DNA of 64,000 nt from Candidatus Woesearchaeota archaeon (GTDB lineage Archaea; Nanobdellota; Nanobdellia; SCGC-AAA011-G17; PNOQ01). The stretch spans positions 24,684 through 88,683 of the forward strand of contig CAYFNK010000001.1 in NCBI GenBank assembly GCA_964344555.1. Reading direction: 5' to 3'. Of the stretch, positions 1 through 8,078 are shown in pieces (the first letter of the stretch is position 1; each line of letters opens with the position of its first letter). A program made the position numbers and the translations under genes. The notes below the pieces were generated by a model that did no database searches, was not told the DNA's origin, and was given only the letters and a program-made list of their open reading frames with translations.

Positions 1-126
1 AAAAGAAATACTTACAATTAGTTTTTTTTTAAATAAGATAACTTCTTCGTAGTTACAAAATATTTATATAAACAAAATCCTAAATTCAACCAAGGATATT
101 TTTCCTAAAAAATTGGAGGTAACTAC

Positions 127-474
127 ATGGCAAAAGCAACACCCTGGGATAAATGGGCTTTCACAGCCGCTTGGGTAATTGCTGTTATACTTGCTTTGGG
201 AGGACTTGCTAATCAAGCTTGGATTGGCGCCACATGGTGGGGCTTAGTCTTTGTTATTTTAGGTTTGGTAGTAGGTTTCATGTACTCAGCTAAGGATATA
301 ACTCCTTTAGTTTTGATGACTTTAGCTTTAATTCTGCTAAACAGTGGCGCAAGTTTACTAGCAATACCGTATTTGGGCGGACTAGTTGATAGCGCTGTTG
401 GATATTTCATGGCATTCTTGAGTCCGGCTGCTTTAGTTTTGGTTCTTAAGAAAGTCTATGCACTTCTAAAATAA
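127..474 (+). CDS. small integral membrane protein (115 aa), function unknown
   Basis: GGAGGT (115-120) lies 6 nt before the ATG and TATA-like TTTATATA sits at 63-70. Three to four hydrophobic helices. T-tract after the stop. Confidence 0.5.
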   Translation: MAKATPWDKWAFTAAWVIAVILALGGLANQAWIGATWWGLVFVILGLVVGFMYSAKDITPLVLMTLALILLNSGASLLAIPYLGGLVDSAVGYFMAFLSPAALVLVLKKVYALLK

Positions 475-480
475 ATTTAA

Positions 481-501
481 TTTTTTCTTTTTCTTTTTTT
501 T
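481..501 (+). terminator. oligo-T tract, probable archaeal intrinsic terminator
   Basis: TTTTTTCTTTTTCTTTTTTTT begins 7 nt after the stop of 127..474. Confidence 0.35.
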
Positions 502-543
502 AAAACAAAAACTTTTTAATGTTCATTACCAGATTATTCTCTT

Positions 544-2010
544 ATGTCCAAGGAAGATTTAGAAATTAGAAAAAGAAGGTTAGAAAAACTAGAATTCTTG
601 AGAAAAGAAGGAATTAATCCTTATCCATATTCATTTAACAAAAAAAATACAGCTAAACAAATAAAGGAAAAATTTTCTAAGCTCAAAAAAGAGGAAAAAA
701 CAAACAGCAAAACAAGTGTAGCAGGAAGAGTTATGGCTTCAAGAGTCATGGGTAAAATCTCATTTTTCACAATTCAAGACCAAACAGAAAAGATACAAAT
801 ATACGCAACAAAAGATTCTACAAAAAATTATCAAATACTCAAAAAAATAGATACAGGAGATTTCATAGGAATAGAAGGAACAATATTTAGAACAAAGGCA
901 GGAGAAATAACTATTCATGCAAGGAAGTTTGAATTACTATCAAAAAGTTTAAGGCCTTTACCTTCTAAGTGGCACGGATTAAAAGACGAAGAAATAAGAT
1001 ACAGGAAAAGATACTTAGATATATTGTCTAATTCTGAAACAAAGGAATTATTCATAAAAAAACAAAAATTTTGGAGTACAATTAGAAACTTCCTAATAAA
1101 AAAAGGATTTTTAGAAGTAGAAACACCAGTTTTAGAAACTTCCGCAGGAGGAGCAGCAGCAACGCCCTTTGTTACACATCATAATTCATTAGATCTTAAA
1201 GTATTTCTAAGAATTTCAATGGGAGAACTTTGGCAGAAAAAATTATTGGTAGCAGGATATGAAAAAACCTTCGAAATAGGAAGGCAATTTAGAAACGAAG
1301 GAATAGACATGGAACACTTACAGGATTATACTCAAATGGAATTTTACTGGGCATATGCTGATTACAAAATGGGAATGAGACTTGTAGAGGAGATGTACAA
1401 AGAAGTAACAAAACAAGTCTTAGGTAAACTAAAATTTGAATCACAAGGACACAAAGTAGATTTATCAAAAAAATGGAAAATTTATGATTATGAGAAAACA
1501 ATTAAACAAAAAACAAAAATAGATATATACAAACACAACAAAAAAGAGATTATCAAATTTCTTAATAAAAACAAAATAAAGCACGATAAAAAAGTAGACA
1601 AATGGAGATTAGTAGATTTATTGTGGAAACATTGCAGAAAAAGCCTAAGTGGTCCCGGATTTTTAGTAGGTCAACCGGTAGAGATTTCTCCCTTAGCAAA
1701 AAGGAGCAGAGAAGACAATAAAAAAGTAGAACAATTCCAAGTAATTATTGCAGGATCAGAAATGGGCAATGGTTATTCAGAATTAAATGATCCTAATGAC
1801 CAAAGAGAGAGATTTGAGAGACAAATGAAATTAAAAGAAATGGGAGACGAAGAAAGTATGGATCACGATAAAAGTTTTATAGAGGCCCTAGAATATGGTA
1901 TGCCTCCTGCTTGTGGATTTGGAGTCTCAGAAAGATTTTTTTCTTTCTTAGTGAATAAACCCATAAGAGAATGTGTAATCTTCCCTTTAATGAGGCCAGA
2001 AAAACAATAA
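544..2010 (+). CDS. lysS: lysyl-tRNA synthetase, class II
   Basis: 488 aa. Class II motifs FRNEGIDMEHLQDYTQMEFYWAY and GMPPACGFGVSERF, with an N-terminal OB-like anticodon-binding region. Confidence 0.9.
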   Translation: MSKEDLEIRKRRLEKLEFLRKEGINPYPYSFNKKNTAKQIKEKFSKLKKEEKTNSKTSVAGRVMASRVMGKISFFTIQDQTEKIQIYATKDSTKNYQILKKIDTGDFIGIEGTIFRTKAGEITIHARKFELLSKSLRPLPSKWHGLKDEEIRYRKRYLDILSNSETKELFIKKQKFWSTIRNFLIKKGFLEVETPVLETSAGGAAATPFVTHHNSLDLKVFLRISMGELWQKKLLVAGYEKTFEIGRQFRNEGIDMEHLQDYTQMEFYWAYADYKMGMRLVEEMYKEVTKQVLGKLKFESQGHKVDLSKKWKIYDYEKTIKQKTKIDIYKHNKKEIIKFLNKNKIKHDKKVDKWRLVDLLWKHCRKSLSGPGFLVGQPVEISPLAKRSREDNKKVEQFQVIIAGSEMGNGYSELNDPNDQRERFERQMKLKEMGDEESMDHDKSFIEALEYGMPPACGFGVSERFFSFLVNKPIRECVIFPLMRPEKQ

Positions 2011-2068
2011 TAAAACTTAAATACTAAGAATTTTCATTCAAAATTAACATAATAGGGAGGGAAAAACT

Positions 2069-2230
2069 ATGTTAGTAGTTAAATCAAAAATAAAAGAAGT
2101 TGCAAGTGATGTTAATGTTTCTGGAGACTTCGCTGAAGCTTTAGATAAGAAACTAGAAGCTCTAATTCTTGAAGCTTGTGAAAGATGCAAAGCTAACGGA
2201 AGAAAAACAGTTCAATCTCGCGATTTATGA
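2069..2230 (+). CDS. small histone-fold-like protein (DUF1931-like), 53 aa, not in ORF track
   Basis: Hand translation: MLVVKSKIKEVASDVNVSGDFAEALDKKLEALILEACERCKANGRKTVQSRDL. GGGAGGG lies upstream of the ATG. Family assignment is by recall only. Confidence 0.45.
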   Translation: MLVVKSKIKEVASDVNVSGDFAEALDKKLEALILEACERCKANGRKTVQSRDL

Positions 2231-2232
2231 GC

Positions 2233-2253
2233 TTTTTTCTTTTTTTTCTTTTT
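2233..2253 (+). terminator. oligo-T tract
   Basis: TTTTTTCTTTTTTTTCTTTTT directly follows the stop at 2230. Confidence 0.35.
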
Positions 2254-2285
2254 ACTAAGAATTATTTTCAATATTAAATTTTCCT

Positions 2286-2298
2286 TGACAACTTGTCA
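2286..2298. promoter_or_regulatory. palindrome TGACA-N3-TGTCA upstream of a TATA-like box
   Basis: TGACAACTTGTCA is followed 16 nt later by TTATATAA (2315-2322). The same architecture recurs at 21858-21870 upstream of the radA operon. Confidence 0.4.
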
Positions 2299-2337
2299 TA
2301 GGCCGAAAAAATGCTTATATAATAATAAAACAGATAT

Positions 2338-2360
2338 AAAAGAGATTTATAATCTCTTTT
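2338..2360 (+). other. perfect 10-bp stem / 3-nt loop hairpin followed by a T-rich run
   Basis: AAAAGAGATT-TAT-AATCTCTTTT, then CTTCTTTTT. Lies between the TATA at 2315 and the hjc ATG at 2412, so it could be a leader structure or the end of a tiny transcript. Confidence 0.3.
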
Positions 2361-2411
2361 CTTCTTTTTAATTACCAAAAAGTATTTATTCAAACTATTC
2401 TTTTTTTATTT

Positions 2412-2801
2412 ATGAAAAATAAGGGAACTCGTGCAGAAAGAGAATTATTGCACAAATTTTGGGAAAGGGAATGGGCATGCATGAGGAGTGCAGGATCTGG
2501 CTCAACAACAAGACCTTCTCCAGACCTTTTAGCAAGCAAAGATAACAAAACCTTGGCCATAGAATGTAAGTCAATAAAAAACAGAAGCCATCATTTTAAC
2601 AAAGAGGAGATTAATCAGTTAATACTATTCTCGGAAATATTTGGGGCCAAGCCAATAATAGGTATGAGATTTGATAAAGAAGGATGGTTTTTTCTCAATG
2701 CAAAAACTATTCCAACTAATAAAAATGGGAACTACACTGTTTCATTAAATTTATCTAAAGAATTAGGATTATCTTTTGAAAACCTATTAAATGAAAATTA
2801 A
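2412..2801 (+). CDS. hjc: Holliday junction resolvase Hjc
   Basis: 129 aa. KGTRAERELL...SAGSG...SPDLLASKDNKTLAIECKS matches the Hjc E / PD / ExK nuclease core. Confidence 0.85.
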   Translation: MKNKGTRAERELLHKFWEREWACMRSAGSGSTTRPSPDLLASKDNKTLAIECKSIKNRSHHFNKEEINQLILFSEIFGAKPIIGMRFDKEGWFFLNAKTIPTNKNGNYTVSLNLSKELGLSFENLLNEN

Positions 2802-4212
2802 AAATAAAACAAAAATTATTCTTTTACTTTTTCTAATTCAGAATGTCAGTGCCCTGCAAATCACAGAAATAATGTATAATCCAGAAGGCTCCGACAATAA
2901 CAGAGAATACATAGAAATTTATTCTGAAGAAGAATTAAATTTAACTAATTTTACAATAAAAGATTCCAATTCAGAAGACAATTTAGAATTACTAAAAAAC
3001 GGAAGCAATTACTACCTAATTGTAGAAGAGAATTTCAACTATTCTAATATTAACGCAACAATATATTCTGCAGGCGCAGCCATAGGGAATGGATTAAACA
3101 ATAATGAAGATTTAATCATATTATCAGAAAATTCAACAATAAAAGAAATAGTTCATTATTTTTCAGAATGGGGAGGAAATGGTAATAATATGTCCATATG
3201 TATAATAAATAACACTTGGCAAGAATGTATAGCTACACCAGGTTACCAGAATAAAATTCCACAAATATCTAAAGAATATTCAATAATCATATCGGAATTT
3301 TTACCAAACCCTGTAGGATTAGATTCTGCAGAAGCACCAGAGGGAGAATGGATAGAAATTTTCAACAATGGAAGCCAAATAATAAACATTGAAGAGTTCA
3401 TACTAAGAGATGAAAAACAAAATGAGATAATAATTACTGAAATAAATGCAGAGCTAGAAATAGGCCCAGAGGAATACTTAATTATCTACATGAATGGAGC
3501 CTGGGGCTTTCTTAATAACGAGGGGTTTGAGAAAATAGAGATATTAGACAAAGAGTACAACCTCATAGATTCTGTAAGTTACGACGGATCAAAAGAAGGT
3601 CTTTCATGGTCACTAATCAATTCTTTTTGGAATTTAGTAATACCAACACCAAAAGAAGAAAATTCTGATCAAGAAGTAAAGAAAGAATCAACTATAGAAA
3701 TAGAAAACACCTATCTTGGAACAGATAACAAAGCAAAATTTGGAGATAACATAAGGATTAGATTAAATATTTACAAAGGAGATACTACAAAGGAAGAAAT
3801 TAAAGCCTACATTGGAAGGGAGGGAGAAAAAATAACCAAAGTAACTAAATTCAAAATTTTGGATAAATTCTCAGAGAACACCTTGACAATTCCTCTACAA
3901 ATTATACCTAATTGTAATTCTAAATTTCCAGATGGCGACTATATCTTAAACATAGAAGGGATAGAAACTTCCATAGAAGAAGAAATATACTTGGAAGGAA
4001 ACTCTGGAGAATTATGTGAAACAGTAATAGAGACAAGAGTTGAAACACTAGAAGAACCACCCAAAACAGTTATAAACTACTCGTCTTCAACATTTAAAGA
4101 AGAACTATACCTCTCTACCTCAAAAAAATCAGAAGGATCAGCAATTTATTTATTTTGCCTCATCCTCATAATGGTTATTTTGCAATTAGGACTTGAAAGA
4201 TGGAAAAAATAA
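2791..4212 (+). CDS. secreted, C-terminally anchored protein with two lamin-tail domains (LTD)
   Basis: Signal peptide. LTD-like LQITEIMYNPEGSDNNREYIEIYS...FTIKD and IIISEFLPNPVGLDSAEAPEGEWIEIFNNG...FILRDE. C-terminal TM segment AIYLFCLILIMVILQLGL. Overlaps the hjc stop by 11 nt. Confidence 0.7.
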   Translation: MKIKNKTKIILLLFLIQNVSALQITEIMYNPEGSDNNREYIEIYSEEELNLTNFTIKDSNSEDNLELLKNGSNYYLIVEENFNYSNINATIYSAGAAIGNGLNNNEDLIILSENSTIKEIVHYFSEWGGNGNNMSICIINNTWQECIATPGYQNKIPQISKEYSIIISEFLPNPVGLDSAEAPEGEWIEIFNNGSQIINIEEFILRDEKQNEIIITEINAELEIGPEEYLIIYMNGAWGFLNNEGFEKIEILDKEYNLIDSVSYDGSKEGLSWSLINSFWNLVIPTPKEENSDQEVKKESTIEIENTYLGTDNKAKFGDNIRIRLNIYKGDTTKEEIKAYIGREGEKITKVTKFKILDKFSENTLTIPLQIIPNCNSKFPDGDYILNIEGIETSIEEEIYLEGNSGELCETVIETRVETLEEPPKTVINYSSSTFKEELYLSTSKKSEGSAIYLFCLILIMVILQLGLERWKK

Positions 4213-4595
4213 AAATAAGATCAATAATTGAAATCGTTGGAAAACCTAAGGAACATATAGAAAATACTATGAAAAAAGTTGTAGATTTGATAAAGTCCAA
4301 CGAAAAATTTAGTTTAACAGAACAAAAAATAGCAAAGGTAAAAGAGGTAAAAGGACTATGGTCCACATTTGGAGAATTTGAAATTATTTTCTCAAGTTTC
4401 GAAGATATAGGAACTTTCTGCTTCGAATTTATGCCTTCTTCGGTAGAGATTTTAAGCCCAGAAGAAATAAAGATAGATTCTCATGAAATTGAAGAATTCA
4501 CAAACGATGTACTAGCAAAACTACATCAATATGATATGATAGCAAAACAAATGTTTTTACAACAACAAGCTAACGCTCAAAAAAAGAGAGATTAG
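4200..4595 (+). CDS. hypothetical cytoplasmic protein (131 aa)
   Basis: Overlaps the LTD gene end by 13 nt, consistent with translational coupling. No motif recognised. Confidence 0.45.
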   Translation: MEKIKIRSIIEIVGKPKEHIENTMKKVVDLIKSNEKFSLTEQKIAKVKEVKGLWSTFGEFEIIFSSFEDIGTFCFEFMPSSVEILSPEEIKIDSHEIEEFTNDVLAKLHQYDMIAKQMFLQQQANAQKKRD

Positions 4596-5787
4596 CTTTT
4601 TTCTTTTTCTTTTTATTATACAAAAAAAACAAAATTAATAATATAAAAATAACAAAAATAATTGTTAAAGTCATAGCACCAATTTCAAATTTTGTCTCTT
4701 CTGGTTCTTCGGGAAAACCAACATTAATACCTTCCTCTATAATTATTATTTCATCTTCATCAAACGTTTCATTAAATACCTCTACCTCTTCTTCTAAGAT
4801 AGTTATACTTAGAAAAACTTGGTCCTCAAAGGTTACAGATTTAACATAGACATACCCTTCATAAAGCCCAGGTAAAGAAGAACCATCTTCATTCAAATTC
4901 AAATCAAGATTATACTCTCCATTAGCCTCAATATCAAAACTATTTTCAGCAAAAACAATAACTTCTTCAAGAGATTCATCAAACTCCACATTTACATTTT
5001 CTAAACTAATATTCAGACTATTCTTCAACTTCAAATATCCACCAGTAAGAGATTCTCCATATTTTAAAGTAGTTAAAATTGATTCTTCTTCAAAAAATAA
5101 ATCCCCTTCTAATCCCCCAGGAAGATCATAATCTCCAGACCAAACCGGAATAGAATACTTCCTACCGCCATAATCAACATATATATACTCAGTTTGTAAA
5201 TTTTCTCTCAAAAGTTCACTAACATAAACTGTAAAAAATTTAGATTCACTTGGAGATAAATTAATGCTTTCTTGATAAACCTCTATAAAATTCGCACTAC
5301 CACTTAAAAAAACCTGAAGTTCATTGTCTTCCTTATTACTAACACTAATCTGAAATAAATTATTAAGCTGTAAATTTCTAGCATCCAAAATTGCTGGATT
5401 AATTGAAACAATAGAATCGTTTGTAGATTCAATATTTAAACCAAAACTAAAATCTTCTTGATAAGTTATTCCTTCTTGAACAAAAATTAGATCTTTAAAT
5501 GTCAAATTGTAAGCTCCAGAATCAAAGTTCCCTAAATCAAAGTAAATATAATGATAGCTAGATCCAAATTTAATAATATTGGGATTCAAACCATACTCGG
5601 TTTCATTTTTTACCAAAACCATTTCACTGAGAGATATATCCGATTGAACTCCAGTAAGAGAAATTTCTGCCTGAACAGTTTCACCAGGAGAATAATTTTC
5701 TTTAGAAAATTCAATATCAATAACTTCTTGGGAACTAACAAAACTACTAGAAACTAAAAAAACCAACAAAATGTATAAAACCTTCAT
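4570..5787 (-). CDS. acidic surface protein: signal peptide, beta-rich repeats, C-terminal TM anchor and poly-Lys tail
   Basis: N-terminus MKVLYILLVFLVSSSFVSSQ. Many N-x-S/T sequons. C-terminus TLTIIFVIFILLILFFLYNKKKKKK. The last 26 nt overlap the convergent gene and its T-tract. Confidence 0.6.
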   Translation of the reverse strand: MKVLYILLVFLVSSSFVSSQEVIDIEFSKENYSPGETVQAEISLTGVQSDISLSEMVLVKNETEYGLNPNIIKFGSSYHYIYFDLGNFDSGAYNLTFKDLIFVQEGITYQEDFSFGLNIESTNDSIVSINPAILDARNLQLNNLFQISVSNKEDNELQVFLSGSANFIEVYQESINLSPSESKFFTVYVSELLRENLQTEYIYVDYGGRKYSIPVWSGDYDLPGGLEGDLFFEEESILTTLKYGESLTGGYLKLKNSLNISLENVNVEFDESLEEVIVFAENSFDIEANGEYNLDLNLNEDGSSLPGLYEGYVYVKSVTFEDQVFLSITILEEEVEVFNETFDEDEIIIIEEGINVGFPEEPEETKFEIGAMTLTIIFVIFILLILFFLYNKKKKKKANLSFFER

Positions 5788-5795
5788 AAAAACCT

Positions 5796-7403
5796 CTATT
5801 TTTTAATTAAATCTTTAGCCTTCTTCAAGGCTTTATCCAATTCTTTTTCAACCTTAGTTTCACTACGACTCGATTTTTCAGTAGAAGTCCTACTAATAGG
5901 AACTCTTTGTGGAGTCAAGGAATAAGCAGGAGTAGACGGTCTCTTAGGCTGCTGGATTGTAGCACCGCCTTTTCCTTTTCTAAAGAATTTAATAAAGACG
6001 TAATATCCTATTCCCAATACTATACTTACTAAAAGTATGGCTATTACCCATTTTAAAACTCCGCCATCTTCTTCTGGTTCAGGAACACATTCTCCAAAAC
6101 TACATATTTCTCCACTAAAACAATCGCTATCTATTTCACATTCGTCTTCTTCTGGTTCTTCAGGTTCATCCCTACATGTCCCTAAAGAACATAGTTGTCC
6201 TATCTCACAATCAGAATCAAAGGTACACTCAACTATAACTTCACAAGTACATGAAGCATAGTTACATTCATATCCTGTTTCACAAGGACATTCCGAGCCA
6301 AAGACGCCTTCACAAGTTTCAGTAACATTTATATCTTCGGTTGGGTCAGGAATGGGACCTACTCCCCCTTCAGTTACCGCAAACAAAACAATAGAAGTTA
6401 CCAACTCACTATGTTCCCAGGAACCATCAATTTCTTGGCTAAAACCAAGCCAGTTTCTAGCAGAGTTATAATCACTAGGAGAAACACTTTTCAAAGCATA
6501 AGCACCAAATGCAGTAGATTTAACATCATTCTCAAAGTTCCCATCATCAGTTTGCTTATCTTTTAGTAAGGTTTGATATACTCCTTCTGAAGTTAAGATA
6601 GATAAAAAAGCCAAATCTATAGAATTTTTATCAGACTTACCTTTCAAATAAGGAAGAGAATATGTTTCATTTCCTGCATTCTGAATAGCCCACATAGCAT
6701 ATTGACTAGCTCTATAATTACAATTGCTTGAACCGGTTCCAAAACATCCATTCTTAATCTCAAGATCAGGATCAGACTCATCTATGATATGATATTGATC
6801 ACTTCCAACACGATACAACAAAGAAGAATCCAGACCAGTAATGCAAGAAACTTTAAATAGTTCATACTTATCTGCTGTACCTTTCTTTATACAATCTTCA
6901 AAATTAACCCAGTCTTCATCAAGACAATTTCCAGGAAGAGACTCATCAGGAGTTACATTCAAACCTTCAATTGTGAATTTATGATAATTTCCTCCATAAA
7001 TAATATTACATTCGGAACCCCCATCATCAAATTGAATTAACCACTTTCCTTCACCAAGATTAGTACCTTCTTGACTTAACAACCATTCAACTTCATTACC
7101 AACATCTTCACCAACATGACTTAAGGCCATAGTAGCTATAGCACTCTCATAAACCGTTCCCCAGTTATGGTTAGATTCCATATCTCTAAGTCTGTCAACC
7201 CCTCCATCATAATCATATCCACCATTACTTAGAGCCATAACTGCAAAAGAAATTTGTTCAATATTGTTACCCCATCCGTCATCTTCTATCTCACCAACAA
7301 GCCATTCAAAAGCACCAATTTCATTTATCTCATATGTTTCTTGAGAAACTACAAAAAAACCAGAAAAAATTAGAACCAGGAAGAATATTATTGATTTTTT
7401 CAT
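5796..7403 (-). CDS. surface protein with prenyltransferase/terpene-cyclase-like alpha-toroid repeats, a Cys-rich stalk and a TM anchor
   Basis: Signal peptide. Repeats of the type DDGWGNNIEQISFAVMALS and NWGTVYESAIATMALS. Duplicated EC-x2-DSDC-x2-G-x2-CS-x-G-x-C motif. TM segment WVIAILLVSIVLGIGYYVFI followed by a basic tail. Confidence 0.55.
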   Translation of the reverse strand: MKKSIIFFLVLIFSGFFVVSQETYEINEIGAFEWLVGEIEDDGWGNNIEQISFAVMALSNGGYDYDGGVDRLRDMESNHNWGTVYESAIATMALSHVGEDVGNEVEWLLSQEGTNLGEGKWLIQFDDGGSECNIIYGGNYHKFTIEGLNVTPDESLPGNCLDEDWVNFEDCIKKGTADKYELFKVSCITGLDSSLLYRVGSDQYHIIDESDPDLEIKNGCFGTGSSNCNYRASQYAMWAIQNAGNETYSLPYLKGKSDKNSIDLAFLSILTSEGVYQTLLKDKQTDDGNFENDVKSTAFGAYALKSVSPSDYNSARNWLGFSQEIDGSWEHSELVTSIVLFAVTEGGVGPIPDPTEDINVTETCEGVFGSECPCETGYECNYASCTCEVIVECTFDSDCEIGQLCSLGTCRDEPEEPEEDECEIDSDCFSGEICSFGECVPEPEEDGGVLKWVIAILLVSIVLGIGYYVFIKFFRKGKGGATIQQPKRPSTPAYSLTPQRVPISRTSTEKSSRSETKVEKELDKALKKAKDLIKK

Positions 7404-7475
7404 AAAGTAACCTCTTTTTGCATTACCTATATAAACACAGTAAATTATTTAAAAAAGTTTCTATGTAAACAGAAT

Positions 7476-8078
7476 ATGTTAAATTTTTCAATTAAAATAA
7501 ATAATTTAGAATTTTTTGATAAAGGAAAAAGAGCACTAATTTATACGGGAACTCACAAAAGAAAAAAAGTAGGAATCAAAATTAAAAATCCTTCTTCAAA
7601 AGCGATTTCCAGAATAGAAAATGAAGGAAATTTTCTAAAAAAATTGAATAAATATAATATAGGGCCTAAACTAATTCTCGCAAAAAAAGATTATATAATT
7701 TATGAATTTATAGAAGGAGAAAAGTATTATAGCCTATTACCTAACCTAAACCAAAGAGAAAGAATAAACTTGTCATTACAAATCTTGGACAAATGCAGAA
7801 TAATGGACAAGTTAAAAATTAACAAACTAGAATTCACCAGACCAGTGAAACACTTCTTTGTAAAAAATAAAAAAGTAAAAATGATAGATTTTGAAAGATG
7901 TTATGAAACAAAGAAACCAAAGAATTTAACACAATTTTGCAATTTCATGATGTCTAATGAGAAATGGTTTAATTTAGACAATAAAATATTAATTAAATTA
8001 TTAAAAGATTATAAAGAAAAACAAACAGAAACCAAATACAGAAAAATTAGAAAATTAATCGAGTCTTCTAAAAACTAA
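7476..8078 (+). CDS. putative small protein kinase-like protein (RIO/Bud32-like fold)
   Basis: 200 aa. Contains GKRALIYTG...VGIKIK (Gly loop plus Lys) and KMIDFERC. Weak, recall-based call. Confidence 0.35.
   Translation: MLNFSIKINNLEFFDKGKRALIYTGTHKRKKVGIKIKNPSSKAISRIENEGNFLKKLNKYNIGPKLILAKKDYIIYEFIEGEKYYSLLPNLNQRERINLSLQILDKCRIMDKLKINKLEFTRPVKHFFVKNKKVKMIDFERCYETKKPKNLTQFCNFMMSNEKWFNLDNKILIKLLKDYKEKQTETKYRKIRKLIESSKN

Noticed and set aside
213-410. Antisense track ORFs nested in longer genes (also 1289-1501, 4175-4366, 5551-5757, 6037-6261, 10709-11011, 12355-12903, 13091-13312, 13391-13603, 14885-15091, 16395-16721, 17735-17944, 20009-20191, 20972-21154, 21535-21780, 22184-22375, 23467-23739, 26916-27158, 27985-28209, 29977-30186, 31239-31643, 33919-34173, 34559-34762, 35462-35644, 35872-36420, 36344-36556, 36671-36871, 37224-37412, 37538-37828, 39114-39308, 41385-41751, 42610-42870, 42894-43229, 43364-43666, 43860-44138, 44155-44841, 47501-47731, 48181-48369, 48965-49346, 50790-51005, 52578-52799, 53055-53339, 55180-55425, 58343-58549, 60409-60636, 61761-62021)
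   Set aside because: Each lies opposite or out of frame within a gene with strong motif support. They have Ser/Leu/Phe/Ile-biased low-complexity translations expected from the antisense of Lys/Glu-rich AT-rich genes, and they lack SD or TATA signals.
4570-4620. Poly-lysine C-terminus (NKKKKKKANLSFFER) of the 405-aa surface protein as a special motif
   Set aside because: It is encoded by the complement of the oligo-T terminator of the convergent gene 4200..4595. A short basic tail after a TM anchor is ordinary, and the exact C-terminus may be fortuitous.
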